Shown: piece after piece, positions 62,671 through 64,000 of the stretch
Layout of the letters: every line of letters begins with the position of its first letter
Numbering within the stretch: position 1 is the first letter of the stretch
From: Girardia tigrina
Taxonomy: Eukaryota
Reading direction: 5' to 3'
Assembly (NCBI GenBank): GCA_001938485.1
Contig: MQRK01181236.1
Location: 16,478-80,477 of the forward strand
Length of the DNA stretch: 64,000 nt
Notes under the pieces: generated by a model
Told to the model about the DNA's origin: nothing
What the model saw: the letters and a program-made list of their open reading frames with translations, nothing else
Database searches by the model: none
Program-made: the position numbers and the translations under genes

Positions 62671-63702
62671 TGTATGGTTCTTGTGTGCGTGTATTGAGTT
62701 TGCATGCCACGTTTTTTTGTAACCTACTTATTTATATATATTTTAGACATAGTCACTTGGTCCGAGCCTTATGCAAATGACTGTCAAATCAATTTTGATT
62801 GGTGAGGTTATTTTTATTCAATTATTACATATTAAGTTCTTTACAGGAATATAACCAAATGCTTTCCTGACATTTTCAAACGAGAACAGGTGTAATTGAA
62901 AATAAAAATAGCTAACCAACTAAATATAAACATATTATAAAAATTAGAATCATAATTAATATAGTAGATCTTACATTAACATGTATTGTACAACAACGAA
63001 GCTTTATAATATTTTATAAAAATGGTGGTTCGAGACTCAATTTGTATGGGCTTATGGTAGTTCAAAATGTACAGGGTGCAATGGGGGGTTAAAATATTAA
63101 CTTTTTTGCGTATGTAATAAATGGATGATCCCTAGAAGCATGACAAATGCGAATAATATTTCCAGTTGGTTTAATGAAGTCAAGTTCTTTGTTTCATCCA
63201 TCTGAATCGTTGCGTTATCAATTTTCTATCAGAAAAACGACTCCTTAGGGGCCAGTGCATTTTTGAGCCGCTAGTAGTAATTTCTAATATTTGTGTATCG
63301 GATCGATTGGATGAGATTATTTGGCGGGATGGAGGAAATTACAGCGGAACACTCGCATTTGCATGCCTACGGACATCAAAACAACTTCTCTTTATTCATC
63401 AATATTAAAATATATTTCCATATAAAATTCTGCTCACAAAGCACATTCATATGTACAAAATGCAAATCAATTAAACCGTCATTATCGACGCAACCGAACA
63501 CAAAATAATCGATCAAAGTACATTCGCCCTAACGAAACATCGATCCATTTTAATTTTTGCGTTTAAAGGAAGATCGAAAAGATCAATAAATCAATCGCCA
63601 GTTGTTCTAATTACTAATCGATGAAATAAACACAATTGATCGATCGATAATCAAATAAACAACAGAAATGATCGAAGAAACAATGGAAATAATAAACGAT
63701 CG

Positions 63703-63999
63703 TCAGGGATTCTGAGTCGAATTGCCACTGAAGAGCACGAGTCTCTGGCTCGCGAGTTCCCGGAGCGTTCTGCCGATCTCGGACACGATCTCGTTGTTCC
63801 GCGACTGGATTGTCGCGACATTATCGATCGCCGCCACGAGACTCGCTCGGTCCTCGATTGACTCTGGCGGCTCGATATCCACGTGAACGATTTCCGAAAA
63901 CGATAACTCCGATCTCGGCCGAGTTTCGGTCTCAGTTTCTCGATCGACACGCTCTACCGGATCGATTTCTGTGCCGATCGATCGGTGTTCCCTCGCCGA
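63703..63999 (-). CDS. 3' end of an unknown CpG-rich coding exon (partial)
   Basis: Frame open from the window end: SAREHRSIGTEIDPVERVDRETETETRP...EIGRTLRELASQRLVLFSGNSTQNP*; differs from the ORF-track frame. Confidence 0.65.
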   Translation of the reverse strand, partial: SAREHRSIGTEIDPVERVDRETETETRPRSELSFSEIVHVDIEPPESIEDRASLVAAIDNVATIQSRNNEIVSEIGRTLRELASQRLVLFSGNSTQNP

Positions 64000-64000
64000 C

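Larger units (their letters stand above)
60591..63132. mobile_element. PIF/Harbinger-type non-autonomous element, 2542 bp including a nested Tc1
   Basis: 26-bp TIRs GGGACCATCCATATATTATGTACGCA / GGGATCATCCATTTATTACATACGCA with TAG duplication; removing it restores an open frame. Confidence 0.85.

Overview
Very AT-rich eukaryotic (animal) genomic DNA with five N-gaps. Introns of 41-48 nt and a (TTAGGG)n-type repeat would fit a flatworm-like invertebrate, but this is an inference. Host genes: (1) a minus-strand SLC6/NSS amino-acid transporter (proline/glycine-transporter-like), for which 11 exons splice in frame to about 520 aa; the last TM exon(s) were not found; (2) an intact single-exon RIO1 kinase; (3) a terminal exon with an IQ-like motif; (4) a 130-aa orphan ORF; (5) the 3' end of a CpG-rich CDS at the window end. 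Most of the rest is nested mobile DNA: Ty3/gypsy pol, gag and solo LTRs, mariner/Tc1, piggyBac, hAT, MULE, PIF/Harbinger, Helitron/Helentron-like elements, MITEs and several Penelope-like element (PLE) fragments. Most notable: six minimal hammerhead-ribozyme motifs in two families, mostly at PLE 3' ends, including a 0.46-kb fold-back unit with a ribozyme in each inverted arm; a Tc1/IS630-type transposase with two mini-introns and DD29E spacing, nested in a Harbinger MITE inside a Helitron relic; a 1.93-kb TG...CA element with an unknown ORF inserted in a (TA)n tract; and a chimeric histone H2B relic that keeps its 3' stem-loop inside an SLC6 intron.
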